A model generated the notes under the pieces. That model worked only from the letters and a program-made list of their open reading frames with translations, was not told where the DNA came from and ran no database searches. Source: Antechinus flavipes (taxonomy: Eukaryota). From it: a DNA stretch of 64,000 nucleotides. The stretch spans positions 359,786,001 to 359,850,000 of the forward strand of contig NC_067401.1 of NCBI RefSeq assembly GCF_016432865.1, written 5' to 3'. Positions 27,374 through 39,560 of this stretch are shown piece by piece. Both the position numbers and the translations under genes were made by a program. The number at the start of each line of letters is the position of its first letter. Positions within the stretch are counted from its first letter, which is position 1.

Positions 27374-29335
27374 GTAAATGAATACTCAATATTGTTTATA
27401 TCTAGCTAGTATCTATTAGCTAAAGTATCAACAAACATGAACTTGGATAGACTTTGAGAGATAATGGAGGATAGAGGAACCTGGCCTGCCAAAGCCCATG
27501 GAGTCACAGAGTTACATATGATTGGACAACCACAAGTCTTTTGATATTGGTAGTACATCAAAACGAGTACTGCCTATGTGGTCAGAAGCCCTGGGTTCTG
27601 ATGCCACTTGTAAGGACCATGGGTAAATCACTTAATCTCACTTTGGCCCCAATTTTCTCATCTGTGAAATGCAGGAGTTGGACTTGTACTGAGGACCTTT
27701 CCAGATCCTACTCTATGAGGCTGTATCCACAATTGTCAGAAAGTATTCACTCTTAATGTTTGCTTTTGTTGTGAATTTATTATGTTGTGAAAGATTATTT
27801 TTGTTTAGAATGACATGAAGGACCTATTTTGCCTTTCTTTTCTCATATTTTGATCTTTAATAAAATTACCACATAACTCCCTTATTTTGAAATTATACAT
27901 TTTGTTTTCCTACATGTGTTTTATTTCCTATTGTTAGAAATAAGTCCTTCTCATTTGTACTTTATTGTGATAGCTGTTTTATGTTTCTGAGTGAATGCTA
28001 CATGAATTCCTTTTTAACTTTTTAGTGCTTTGATCTTAATTATCCTTGGTAATTAAGTTTAAAATTAGTTGATTAGACATTGGGCAACTCTGGATTTTTA
28101 GCATATTTTAGACATTAAGCAATAGCTTTTTTTAAATGGTAGGATTCATAGACTAATAAATCAGGATATTATGTAATTAAAGTGAAGCTGCTATTCTAAA
28201 ACACATGAGGTAATAACCCATATGGATTGCTACCTAAAACAAACATTTATTAACTTTTTTTTTAGTATTTAGTGTCTTGATCCTTTTGTCACTATAGATT
28301 CCTATGGATTCCTCAGAATAACATGTTTTAATTGAAGGAGAGGCTAAATTTCAGTTAGAAGTTAGTGAAAATAAAAAAGTATCCCTCCCCCCCAACCCAG
28401 TTTCAAGTTCATAGATCCCTAAAATTTAACCATTGGTCCAAAACATTGCCATAATTCAAAGTTCTTTGATTTTTAATTTACATTAAGCTCTAGTAGTATT
28501 AATGATCATTTTTTCCAACCTACAGTAGATCAAAGGCAAAATGGTTATCCTTACAATATAAGTTTTCTTTAAATGTGTGGTAGTTTAATTTGTGTTGATA
28601 TTTGTTTTTATATACATGACTAGTTTCTTTGATTAAATCATAGGCTGCTTGAGGGTAAAGACGGTTTTATTTTATCATTGAATCCTCCAGTGCATCCAAT
28701 TTAGTTCTGATAATTTAAAAATGTTTATTGATTTGTATCTTTATATCTGTAGGCCCTAGCAAATAGTTTCTTGCATAAATATTTGTGAAAGTACATAACA
28801 TTGCAAGTAAAACCAGTGTCAAATATTGGTTTTTATGTAGCAAAATTACATTTGTTATATCCCATTAGATTTCATCTGGACTCTGTTCTGCCACCTTGCA
28901 GTTGAATATAGACAGCTAGACTTAAAATTATATTGTTAATATTATGGATTGTTTGTATGGATAAACTGCAGCTGCAAAAAAATCTTAGAATATATGTGCA
29001 TCAGTAACTTCATGTCCATAAATGAAGAATTATTCTTTGAATATTAACAATCTTGTAGATTGGACCTCATAAACAGGTAATCAGCACAGTGATAGAATAC
29101 AATTTTTGAAGAATTGGATGTTAAAAAATGTTAAATGGTGATGTCTAAAACAAATTGAATTAATAGAGGAATAAATAATGTTTTAAAAGAAACTTTAAAA
29201 CTATAGGTTATCTTTTAACTAATATATCTCCCTTAAAATGATTTTTATTAAGTATGCATATTTTCAGATTTTTTTCTTCCGATCTAATCCATTGCAATTA
29301 ATTCATCTCACCAAAATGAAATACTACTTTATTTC

Positions 29336-29531
29336 ATAAATATATTCTTTACCTAGAGAATATAATGCTTTTCTCCTAGAGATGGGAATTATTTTCAAAA
29401 GCATCATAAAATTAGTTAAGCTATTTGTAAATAATCCATCATGCTTTCAGCATAGAAAAAAATCACATTTCACATCCCCTATTTCTTTTATTTAAATAAG
29501 TATCACATTTGATAACTTGATCACACTGAAA
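29336..29531 (+). repeat. Copy 2 of the approximately 190-bp direct duplication
   Basis: Aligns with 26934-27123. Confidence 0.95.
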
Positions 29532-29996
29532 ATATAAGTAGTTTCATGATGGTATAGCCAATGAGAAATATGGAAACTCTGACTTAAGTAAATTTTCTTC
29601 ATTATTTATCCATCAGCTCTCCTGAATATCTTATGACATGATGAAAAAAACATGTTCTTTGTTGGTATCACTAGACTATTTTTTTATGTGATAAACAATA
29701 AGAAATGTATAAGTTGTTGTACAGAGGTTTGAAAGGCTAACAGATTAGATTTTTTTTTTGTGACATTGTTTATATTTCTTAACACCCAGTTCTTCATAAA
29801 CATATTCCTTTTACAGTTGTGCTCTATTTTGATATAAAAAAAAACAAGTGCAGACTTATCATACAAATGCAGTCGTTAACCATGTAAAATACAAGTATAT
29901 TTGCCCATATAGTTGTCTTAAGTCCTGTCATGATGACGTTACATTTTATTAAATGCCACAGAAATAATATTTTCCAATTACATAAAGTACATTTTA

Positions 29997-31073
29997 TTTA
30001 TTTTTTTTTTAAATAACTTTTTATTGATAGAACTCATGCCAGGGTAATTTTTTACAACATTATCCCTTGCATTCACTTCTGTTCTGATTTTTCCCCTCCT
30101 TCCCTCCACCCCCTCCCCAAGATGGCAAGCAATCCTTTACATGTTGAATAGGTTACAGTATATCCTGGATACAATATACGTGTGCAGAACCGAACAGTTT
30201 TCTTGTTGCACAGGGAGAATTGAATTCAGAAGGTATAAATAATCCGGGAAGAAAAACAAAAATGCAAGCAGTTTATATTCATCTCCCAGTGTTCTCTCTG
30301 TGGGTATAGCTGCTTCTGCCCATCTTTGATCAATTGAAACTGAATTAGCTCTCTTTATTGAAGAGATCCACTTCCATCAGAATACATCCTCAAACAGTAT
30401 CATTGTTGAGGTATATAATGATCTCCTGGTTCTGCTCATTTCACTCAGCATCAGTTCATGTAAGTCTCGCCAGTCCTCTCTGTATTCATCCTGCTGGTCA
30501 TTCCTTACAGAACAATAATATTGTATAATGTTCATATACCACAGTTTACTCAACCATTCTCCAATTGACGGGCATCCATTCATTTTCCAGCTTCTAGCCA
30601 CTACAAACAGGGCTGCCACAAACATTTTGGCACATACAGGTCCCTTTCCCTTCTTTAGTATCTCTTTGGGGTATAAACCCAGTAGAAACACTGCTGGATC
30701 AAAGGGTATGCACAGTTTGATAACTTTTTGAGCATAGTTCCAAATTGCTCTCCAGAATGGCTGGGTGTGTTCACAATTCCACCAACAATGTATCAGTGTC
30801 CCTGTTTTCCCACATCCCCTCCAACATTCCTCATTATCTTTCCCTGTCACTCTAGCCAATCTGACAGGTGTGTAGTGGTATCTCAGAGTTGTCTTCATTT
30901 GCATTTCTCTGATTAATAATGATATGGAGCATATTTTCATATGTCTATAAATAGTTTCAATTTCTTCTTCTGAGAATTGTCTGTTCATATCCTTTGACCA
31001 TTTATCAATTGGAGAATGGTTTGATTTCTTATAAATTAGAGTCAATTGTCTATATATTTTGGAAATGAGGCCT
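29997..31073 (-). mobile_element. Young 5'-truncated L1, 1.08 kb, perfect 16-bp TSD
   Basis: TSD cataaagtacatttta at 29981-29996 and 31074-31089; open ORF2 C-terminus (ORF 30377..31045) with CCHC motif CWRGCGKTGTLIHCWWNC; poly-T end. Confidence 0.97.
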
Positions 31074-31349
31074 CATAAAGTACATTTTAAATAAACTTGG
31101 TAATATGGTAACTTTCTTAAAAGAAGGGAGAACCAAAATTTATATATTATTTTAGGAAAAATCTATGAGCAAATACTAAGTAATTTCTGAGGAGCTTCTC
31201 TAGTTATAATTGTGAAAACGTAAAATATTTTGCTATGGTTAGATTTATTGTCCTTCATTTTAAATGAATATATTTCTCTTCATAGTTTTTCTTGTTAATT
31301 ATCACTTGTTTTTTGGAAGAGATTTATTTTCTGATTAAAAAAAAATCTG

Positions 31350-31810
31350 CTAAGTGACATGAACAGAATCAGGAGATCATTATATATAGTAACAACAAGA
31401 TTATATGATGATCAGTTCTGATGGATGTGGCTTTCTTCACCAGTGAGATGACTCAGACCAGTTCCAGTTGTTTAATGATGAAGACATCCATCTACACCCA
31501 GAGAGGATTGTGGGATCTGAGTTTGGTTCACAACATAGCATTTTTGCTCTTTTTCTTGTTATTTGCTTGCATTTTATTTTGCTTCTCATTTTCTTTCTGG
31601 TTTGATTTGATTTTTCTTGTGCAGCAAGATAATTGTATAAATATGTATGCATATATTGGGTTCAACATATTTCTACCATGTTTAACATAGATTACTTGCC
31701 AGGAGAAAGGGAGGGAAATTGCAACACAAGATTTTGAATGGGCTGATGTTGAATATTGTTATGTGCATATATTTTGAAAAATAAAAAGCTTTAATAAAAG
31801 GGGAAAAAAC
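31350..31810 (+). mobile_element. L1 3'UTR fragment, sense orientation
   Basis: gaacagaatcaggagatcattata...aataaaaagctttaataaaa is the reverse complement of the L1 ends; two AATAAA near 31780-31798. Confidence 0.85.
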
Positions 31811-32321
31811 AGGTTTAAAAAATACCTCTGCAACCTGGGGAAAAAAAATCAAGACTTGTTAGAAAAGTACCACTTTACATACTACAAAGCCTAAGGAATG
31901 ATGCCTTATAGTTACTTTACTGCTTAGAAAGAATCAGAATTGTTGTCCTTTAATGTTTATTATTTTATAGCAAATTTTTCTTTCCAGAGAATTCAGAATT
32001 GCTGTAAATTCAATGAGTAATTAACAACTTTTTATATTATTAGTCTTTGACGGAAGAAGATAACTTAGATTTTTCCAAATAGATTTAGTCTTTCTCCCCT
32101 TCCTCCCAAATAATGAATTATGTATACTTCATTAATTTTGTAAATTTAACTAAAGTACAGCATCTGATTTTGAGTCTGCCAATAATCCTTTTCTTAAAAG
32201 GAAGACAGAGAATAAAAAAAGATGAAATATTGCTACATAAGAATATGATTACTTGACTCTCAGTAAGGGTCATGTGTCTTCATTTTTTTTTTTTTTTCCT
32301 AATCTGTTTTTCCCCTTTTAG

Positions 32322-32425
32322 GGTTCTGTAGATTATTGCCTCATCCACGTTCACCGGGCACTTGGACGATATACTTTGAAGGAGCAGATTATGAAAGTCA
32401 TTTTATGCGGGAGAACACTGAACTG
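32322..32425 (+). CDS. AFDN: AFDN exon, 104 nt, (G)FCRLLPHPRSPGTWTIYFEGADYESHFMRENTEL, GC donor
   Basis: tttag acceptor; frame with the next exon is kept only with the donor CTG|GCAAGT at 32426; phase 1 to 0. Confidence 0.95.
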
Positions 32426-32729
32426 GCAAGTATTTTTAGGTAGCATATATACAACTATACAGGAGAATATATGTCCCCAGGATTGAGAAATACATAAAAA
32501 TCATTTCTCATAAAAAGTTAGTATGCTTTTGATAGAGATCAGTAGATGACTACTACAATCACGTTAGAATAGCTCTTTTAATACTACGAGTTTTTAAAGC
32601 ACCTTTTTGGGATATGAATTTGCCTTTGTTTATCACCATATGTATATTTCATATTCTCCTTTTAAACAGAAAAATATGCTTATATAGAGCACTATTATAA
32701 TCTCCTGGATTGTCCATTATACTTTTGGA

Positions 32730-33200
32730 TAGCTTGAAATGGAAGTTTTTGCTTATATCTAACCTAAATTTGCTCTTTTATAACCTCCACCATTGCTTTT
32801 GCTTCTCATTTGTAGACCCAAACAAAGCAAATTTCATCTCTTCTGTAGCATGCTTTTGAACACTTAAAGGCTATCAGATTCACTAAGTTGCTTTTTTTTT
32901 TCTATACTAAACATGTCCAATTCTACCAGCTGACATTTGACATAAATTCAATCCCTCTTCCCCTATTCTTGTTTCTTTCCTGAATGCTTTCCATCTTATT
33001 AATGCCCTTGAACGCTGAGGTAAACATCAATGGAACCATCTTCTCTTCCTGGAAGCTATACAAGCTATATTTAATGTAGTTGCTTTACGTTTTTACCCTC
33101 CTTATCACACTACTAATTCATATTGAGCTTGTGTTTTATTAAAACTTCAAATCTATTTTCTTGCAAATTATTATCCAGTCATACCTCCTGTTTCTTATAC
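32730..33200 (-). mobile_element. CR1/L3 LINE fragment, degenerate
   Basis: Similar to 7560-7705 (tttgaacacttaaagg...tatactaaacatgtccaattct). Confidence 0.55.
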
Positions 33201-33612
33201 TTTTCAAATCATATTTCTTTAACTCAAGTGTAAGACTTTACATTTTTACGTATTAAGGGATAAATAATCTGTATTTAAGAAAAAAAATTTGGGAAGTATT
33301 AATTAGAATGAAAACTGTCAAAGAAGAAATAGAATTTTGTGTTTAAATTGAGGTGATTTAAGTAAGCTTTTAGTAGCTAGATACCTCTTTATGGTTATGG
33401 TTTGCAAATACTTTGTAATTATCACTGTCCATTTATCTAATACACTTAAAATATTGATTGTCTTCAGTGATTTATGCCTTTTGTTATCTTTCTCTTACTT
33501 TTTTTTCCCTTTCCATTTATCTCGGAATATGGCTAAGCATTTCTGGCAGTTTGCTTGCAGTTTTGAAATATTACCATATAGCGAAAAAATTTACTTATCT
33601 GCTTTCCTTTAG

Positions 33613-33699
33613 ACACAGCCTCTAAGAAAAGAACCAGAAATAATCACTGTGACACTTAAGAAGCAAAATGGAATGGGTCTTAGCATCGTTGCTGCAAAG
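33613..33699 (+). CDS. AFDN: AFDN exon, 87 nt, TQPLRKEPEIITVTLKKQNGMGLSIVAAK, PDZ N-terminal part
   Basis: ctttag acceptor, donor gtagga at 33700; phase 0 to 0; GMGL carboxylate-binding loop. Confidence 0.98.
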
Positions 33700-34739
33700 G
33701 TAGGAAAACAAAGTTAATACATTCTTGAAACTTTATTCACTAGTGAATAAGATTTAATGCCTATGAAAGGATTTCAGAGTCTGTAGGGAAAATATATGTT
33801 GAATGGTGTTAGGAGTGGCATGAATAGTGGTGGAAGAGGAAAGAATTGGCATTAACTGAATGAAACTACTGCACTCCAATAGATTTAATCATCCTATATG
33901 TTACATTTTAGACATTGCAAGTGACCCAATGAAATTGATCCAGTAATGGATAAAATGTATCCAACATTTGATTGTACATAGTAGGTACGGTTCTGGGGCA
34001 TAGATTAGATATTTTAGGTTCTTTGGGACTGAGAGGCAACAAGAAGCACCAATAGTTTGCACAGGACAGACACTAAAAAAAAGACAATGTCTTTTTGAAA
34101 TTTCCAGACAATATGATACTTTTCTGCAACTCCTTTGGCTAACAGTTAACTGATGTTAGGCTTGTTTAGCCAAAATAAAACATAATTGTGATGATATAAG
34201 TTAGCATAGGAGGAAATATGTCTTTAGTACCTTGTGGATCCTTATAAAATTGTTTAACTGTGATAAAGTACCATTTTGGTGCTATTTCAGATTTGACCTG
34301 TAAACTAGAGTTAACACTACACTTAATGCTTCAGCAAGTCAGTTTATAGTACAAGTATGTTTGTTATTTTCAGTAGTGTAATCTTTTTGTTCACACATGC
34401 CAAGTTATTAGAATTATATTAATTATTAGAATATCTATTTAAAGCTTTCAAGCTTTGCTTAGCAATAATAGGAACTTTGACTGTGTTATCCAAGGGTTGT
34501 ATATTTAGCAAAGTAGTTAGATCATTCCTTTGTTTTCTCACCATAAATTTTAGAATGAAATTAGTATACCAATAAAATTCTTGTGCAACAAACTTCTCAT
34601 ATTGCATTCTGTTATCAATTTATGGTGCTGTCTATTGATGGAATCAAATGGATTATCAGCTGTGATTTACAATTTTTGTTTTGTTAAATCATTACAATGA
34701 GTAACAATGTTTATGATTTTGGGTCAGTAGATGAAGTCC

Positions 34740-34950
34740 TAGCCCTGGTTAGGAAGGCCCATTTTGATAAGTTTAAATCCAGCCTTAGATCCTTCCTAGC
34801 TGTGTGAGCCTGGGCAAATCACTAAGTGTTTGCCTAAATTCCTTATTTGTAAAATGAACTGGAAAAGGAAAACTAAAAACTATTCCAGGATCTTTGTCAA
34901 GAAAACTTCAAATGAGGTCATAGAGAGTTAGACATGATTCAAATGACTGA
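34740..34950 (+). mobile_element. Mar1-like CORE-SINE (MIR core plus RTE-type tail)
   Basis: cctgggcaaatcact core followed by ctttgtcaagaaaacttcaaatgaggtcatagagagttagacatga tail. Confidence 0.7.
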
Positions 34951-36168
34951 AGAGGAATATTTTACCTATGAAATATATTTCAATTTGTGAAATATTACAT
35001 GGTATTTAAATCCCTACTACATTATTATATTCACTGGGCAAAATTAGATGATGGATCATTTTCAGTGGCAACTGATTTAGTTAATGATAAAAAATTTTTT
35101 TGTTCTGACACCTTTAATTTTAAAAATTACCACCAATTACTTATTGGAAAATAATATGTTTCAGGATTGTACCAATTATCTGTGGTGTCTTGGAGAATAC
35201 TGCCTGAAGGCACATGGGGTTGCTAAATTACTTTTGAACTTTATAATTCCATGACATTTATTTTTGTGCTATGAAAGTTAGGTTTTTAGACAATTCTTTG
35301 GCATTGAACTGGCCATTTACAAAGGTTATAGAGATAGAAAGCTTTGAAAACTCCCTTCATGGACAACTCCTCGCTCAACAAGGTAATAGAATTTTCTACC
35401 AGAATTTGAATGAATTCCTTGATATTTAACAATCTATGATACTCAGTTCAATCAGTGTTTTTCTTCAGGGTAGGTCATTCCTTTCTTTTGTTTAATAGGG
35501 AATGCCTCTAAAACATGGAGCAAAGTTAGAAAAACAAAATTAATATTACTCTTAGATGGTTAATTAATTGACCATGTTGATTCCTCTTGGTCTTTTTTTT
35601 TAAGTAATATTCTTCATTATGTTAGTGTTCTATGAAAAAAAAGCCACCAAAACAATTATATGAAAGCTTTTGTTTTAGTGGAAATGACCTTGATATAGAT
35701 TAAATTTCTGTTGAGAAAACTTCTTTTTAGATTGGACATCTACAACTGTTCTGCAAACTAAAACAAGTATGTTTTGGAGAGTAAATGAACAAATAGATAA
35801 ATGAACATAATGGAATATCATTGAGTATAGGTTTTGAGTATAAAAGCCTCCAGGTAATTAAAAACCAACTTCCACATGATTATAGCTATATTATTAGTGT
35901 TAATTAATTGAAAAAATACATAACAAAAAAAAATCTATAGATACATTCTTTTTAATGAATTTTAGTTATTAACCACAATGGCAGTTACATGTATTTTGTT
36001 TTTGAATTACACAAAATGTGTTTTTTCATGACAGTTTAACTGCATGTTTTGTTGGGAAATATATCTTAAAATGACATATGGATTCACCATCTCATTCTTT
36101 AGCTTTCAGTTTGGAAACCACTGGCTTTGACTTTATTTTATAGACAATTTTGAGGGCTGTTGTTTTTT

Positions 36169-36213
36169 AAGAGGCTAAAGTAATAATAAAAAAAAAAAAG
36201 AGGCTAAAGTAAT
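36169..36213 (+). mobile_element. Poly(A)-only retrotransposition remnant with 16-bp TSD
   Basis: aagaggctaaagtaat at 36169-36184 and 36198-36213 flank aataaaaaaaaaa; left junction is tttt/aa. Confidence 0.8.
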
Positions 36214-36525
36214 TATAAAATTGATGTTTTATAGGGCAATTTTATCTATCTAGTAGATGTAAGTTGACATGAAGGAAATATAAACTGAGTCAAAATCAGT
36301 CACAGATAGCATTTATGTACAAAACAGCTGAATTTAAATTTTACTTCAGGTTATCTGGAAACTATCTGCTTAGTATCTTAGATCATCTGTGGTCTAATTT
36401 CAAACTGGGGTTACTTTGGAACAAACCTAATCTCCATGAAGATCCTCAGATGAGAAATGGTATAAATCTTTTCTAATACCATCTTGGACCAATCATAGCA
36501 AAGTTAAGGAGAACAAAAATATATT

Positions 36526-37501
36526 TTTTTTCATAGCTTTTTATTTACAGGTTATATGTGTGGGTGATTTTACAGCATTGACAATTGCCAAATGTTTTGT
36601 TCCAATTTTTCTCCTCCTTCCCTCCACCCTTCCCCCAGATGGCAGGGTGACCAGTAGATGTTAAATATATTAAAATATAAATTAGATACACAATAAGTAT
36701 ACATGACCAAACCGTTATTTTGCTGTACAAAAAGAATCAGACTCTGAAATATTGTATGATTGGCCTGTGAAGGAAATCCATATTGCAGGCAGGCAAAAAT
36801 AGAGGGATTGGGAATTCAATGTAATGGTTCTTAGTCATCTCCCAGAGTTCTTTTGCTGGGTGTAGCTGGTTCAGTTCATTACTGCTCCATTGGATCTGAT
36901 TTGGTTCATCTCATTGCTGAAGATGGCCAGGTTCATCAGAATTGATCATCATATAGTATTGTTGTTGAAGTGTATAAGGATCTCCTGGCCCTGCTCGTTT
37001 CACTCAGCATCAGTTCGTGTAAGTCTCTCCAGGCCTTTCTGAAATCATCCTGCTGGTCATTTCTTATCGAACAATAATATTCCATTAACATTCATATACC
37101 ACAATTTATTCAGCCATTCTCCAATTGATTTCAGTTTCCAGTTTCTGGCCACTATAAAGAGGGCTGCCCAAACATTCGTGCACATACAGGTCCCTTTCCT
37201 TTCTTTAGTATCTCTTTGGGATATAAGCCCAGTAGAAACGCTGCTGGATCAAAGGATATGCACAGTTTGATAACTTTTTGAGCATAGTTCCAAATTGCTC
37301 TCCAGAATGTATTAGTGTGCCTGTTATCCCACATCCCCTCCAACATTCTGCATTATCTTTCCCTGTCATTTTAGTCAGTCTGACAGGTGTGTAGTGGTAT
37401 CTCAGAGTTGTTTTAATTTGCATTTCTCTGATTGATAATGACCTGGAGCATCTTTTCATATGGCTAGAAATAATTTCAATTTCTTCATCTGAGAATTGTC
37501 T
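36526..37501 (-). mobile_element. 5'-truncated L1, 0.98 kb, with TSD and small internal deletions
   Basis: TSD agaacaaaaatatatt 36510-36525 vs agaacaaaaatgtatt 37502-37517; ORF2 peptides in ORFs 37152..37346 and 37205..37627. Confidence 0.95.
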
Positions 37502-38424
37502 AGAACAAAAATGTATTAGTGTCTTAGGGTTTTGAGTAATCTCAGTACATGAATGATGGTCAGCTCCTATCATAAACCTATTTTTAAGACATTTGATGAC
37601 TTTGGTTTCTGATTGTGATCCATTCACTGTTCATAATAAAGTTTAGGATACATGCCTAATAATTTGGAATATGCCACTAGAAATTTGAAATATGTTAACA
37701 TCATGTAGCTGTAAGCATTGGAAGTAGACTATGAACACAGAATTCCTAACTTCTAAGTTTAGCGTTTGGTTTTTTTTTTTCTCCTATTGTACCATACCAC
37801 TGCCTCTACTTTCTAGAATTTGCTACAACTAAATGCCAGTCAGAATTCGTTATCAATTTTTCTTGCATTACTTCTGTTAGTGGAAAAGCAGTTTAGGTTT
37901 TAGGTCTTTATTTCAACATCAGTCTAAATTACCAGTACTTTTGTGTTCCTTTTTCTTTAAAATTCATTCATTGCCCAGCTAATTCTAATGGATGTTGGAA
38001 CTAAAAAATGTAAAAAGAAGACACTTAAAATACAAAGTTTTACCAGTTATTTAAAAAACCCTTGATGAGACCGCTTATCAACTAAGTATGCATCATTGAT
38101 ATTCCTTGAACAGTGCTTCCAGACCACTAAAAATAACTTTTTAATTATTATCTCAACTTCTTGTCATTTTTCTGTATCCATATTAGTTAACTGTACTATT
38201 GTCCCACCTGTTAGTGTGAATATTATTGTATCATTATAACCTCTTTCTTCATAGAACTATGTGATTCCCTTAAAATATTTTGAAAAAAAAAGTTATTTAA
38301 ATGAGTCTAATGAGGCTAGATACTGATATAATCCCTATTCACAGGCTATATAAAAGAAAATCTCACCTATGATTAGAACCTAAACCAGTAATCTTGGACA
38401 TTTGCTTTACAAATAAATGGATGA

Positions 38425-38577
38425 CAGATAGGTAGCATAGTGCATAGAGCACCAGCCCTAAAATCAGGGTCAGACAAGTCCATTTAAATATGGCCTCAGA
38501 CACTCAACACTTCTAGCTGTGTGATCCTGGGCAAGTCACTTAATCCCAATTGCCTCAGCCAAAAAAAAAAAAAAAAT
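38425..38577 (+). mobile_element. WSINE1-like SINE
   Basis: gagcaccagccctaaaatcagg...ctgggcaagtcacttaatcccaattgcctcagcc plus A16 tail. Confidence 0.88.
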
Positions 38578-39512
38578 ACAATAAATAAGTGGATATCATC
38601 AGCCACATGAATGACTTTGAGGAAATACTTAGTATGGCTTAATATAATTCACCAGACAAGAGTTTATATTCCCATATTATTGACAATGCCTGACCACTAT
38701 CAGGTGTTTTTCCAACCCCTTTTCTGTGGGAGCTGGAGGCTGTTTAGAACACTCCTTCCTAGAGCTGCAACACCTCTACTTGTTGTAACAAAGTATATAG
38801 AGAGAGACTTAAAGAGAAGTGGGGCCACTGAGAGATTTTGTCAAAAGATACCTAATCTCTTCAAAGATATTTGAAATTAGTTCTCTTTAGGCTAGCATCC
38901 ACTATAATAGGATGCTGCCTTTCAGAAATGTTATATATTTTTTTAATTAATATGTTTTGTTTTGACCTTCATTTCTCTTTCTTTTATATTTAATTAATTT
39001 TTTAGTCAGACAAGTTCAATTTTAAACTTGCAGAGCTTTCTTATGAAATATGATAAATTATAGCAATTCTTCAACTAAATTTTTAAATTGTGAGTCCTTT
39101 TATTTCAGTTTTAAAGATATGTCTATTAATTTTGTTGCCATGTCATTTCTGCTCTAGTGTTGCAAATTTTTCCTTAGTAAAGCCTTCTGTTAATTTTTAC
39201 TCTAGTGACATAATTGAATGTTTGTATTTTGGTTTTGTATTGTATTGTATTTTGGGGAAGAGGGTTGTCTCAGAACCAAGGTTTGTTGGTTTGTTTGTTT
39301 TAAGTTTGTGCAGTACTTGGTTTCTTTAAGTCTAAAAGATGTTTTGATGTTAAAAGTTGCCTGTCATCCACATTGTGGTTGAGCTTTATGAAATCCAGAT
39401 GATTTGGAAATAGCATGTATATGCAGTTTACTTTTTAAACTTTTTTAAAATATCACTTTGCTTCTTCTCATACTTCTGTGGTCCAGCACATTTCTTGTTG
39501 GATTTGGGGAAG

Positions 39513-39514
<2 letters not shown>

Positions 39515-39558
<44 letters not shown>
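39515..39558 (+). repeat. (GT)22 microsatellite
   Basis: Direct reading. Confidence 0.97.

Positions 39559-39560
<2 letters not shown>

Noticed and set aside
28869-28939. Possible mutually exclusive exon (DFIWTLFCHLAVEYRQL), vaguely like GTWTIYF in the next exon
   Set aside because: The acceptor is weak, there is no good donor, and a stop occurs at 28937. The resemblance is too short to exceed chance.
30377-31045. 222-aa ORF as a host gene
   Set aside because: It is the L1 ORF2 C-terminus in a 5'-truncated copy, with no endonuclease, RT or promoter.
32430-32435. GT donor as the real end of the 32322 exon
   Set aside because: It gives a 108-nt exon that is out of frame with the 33613 exon.
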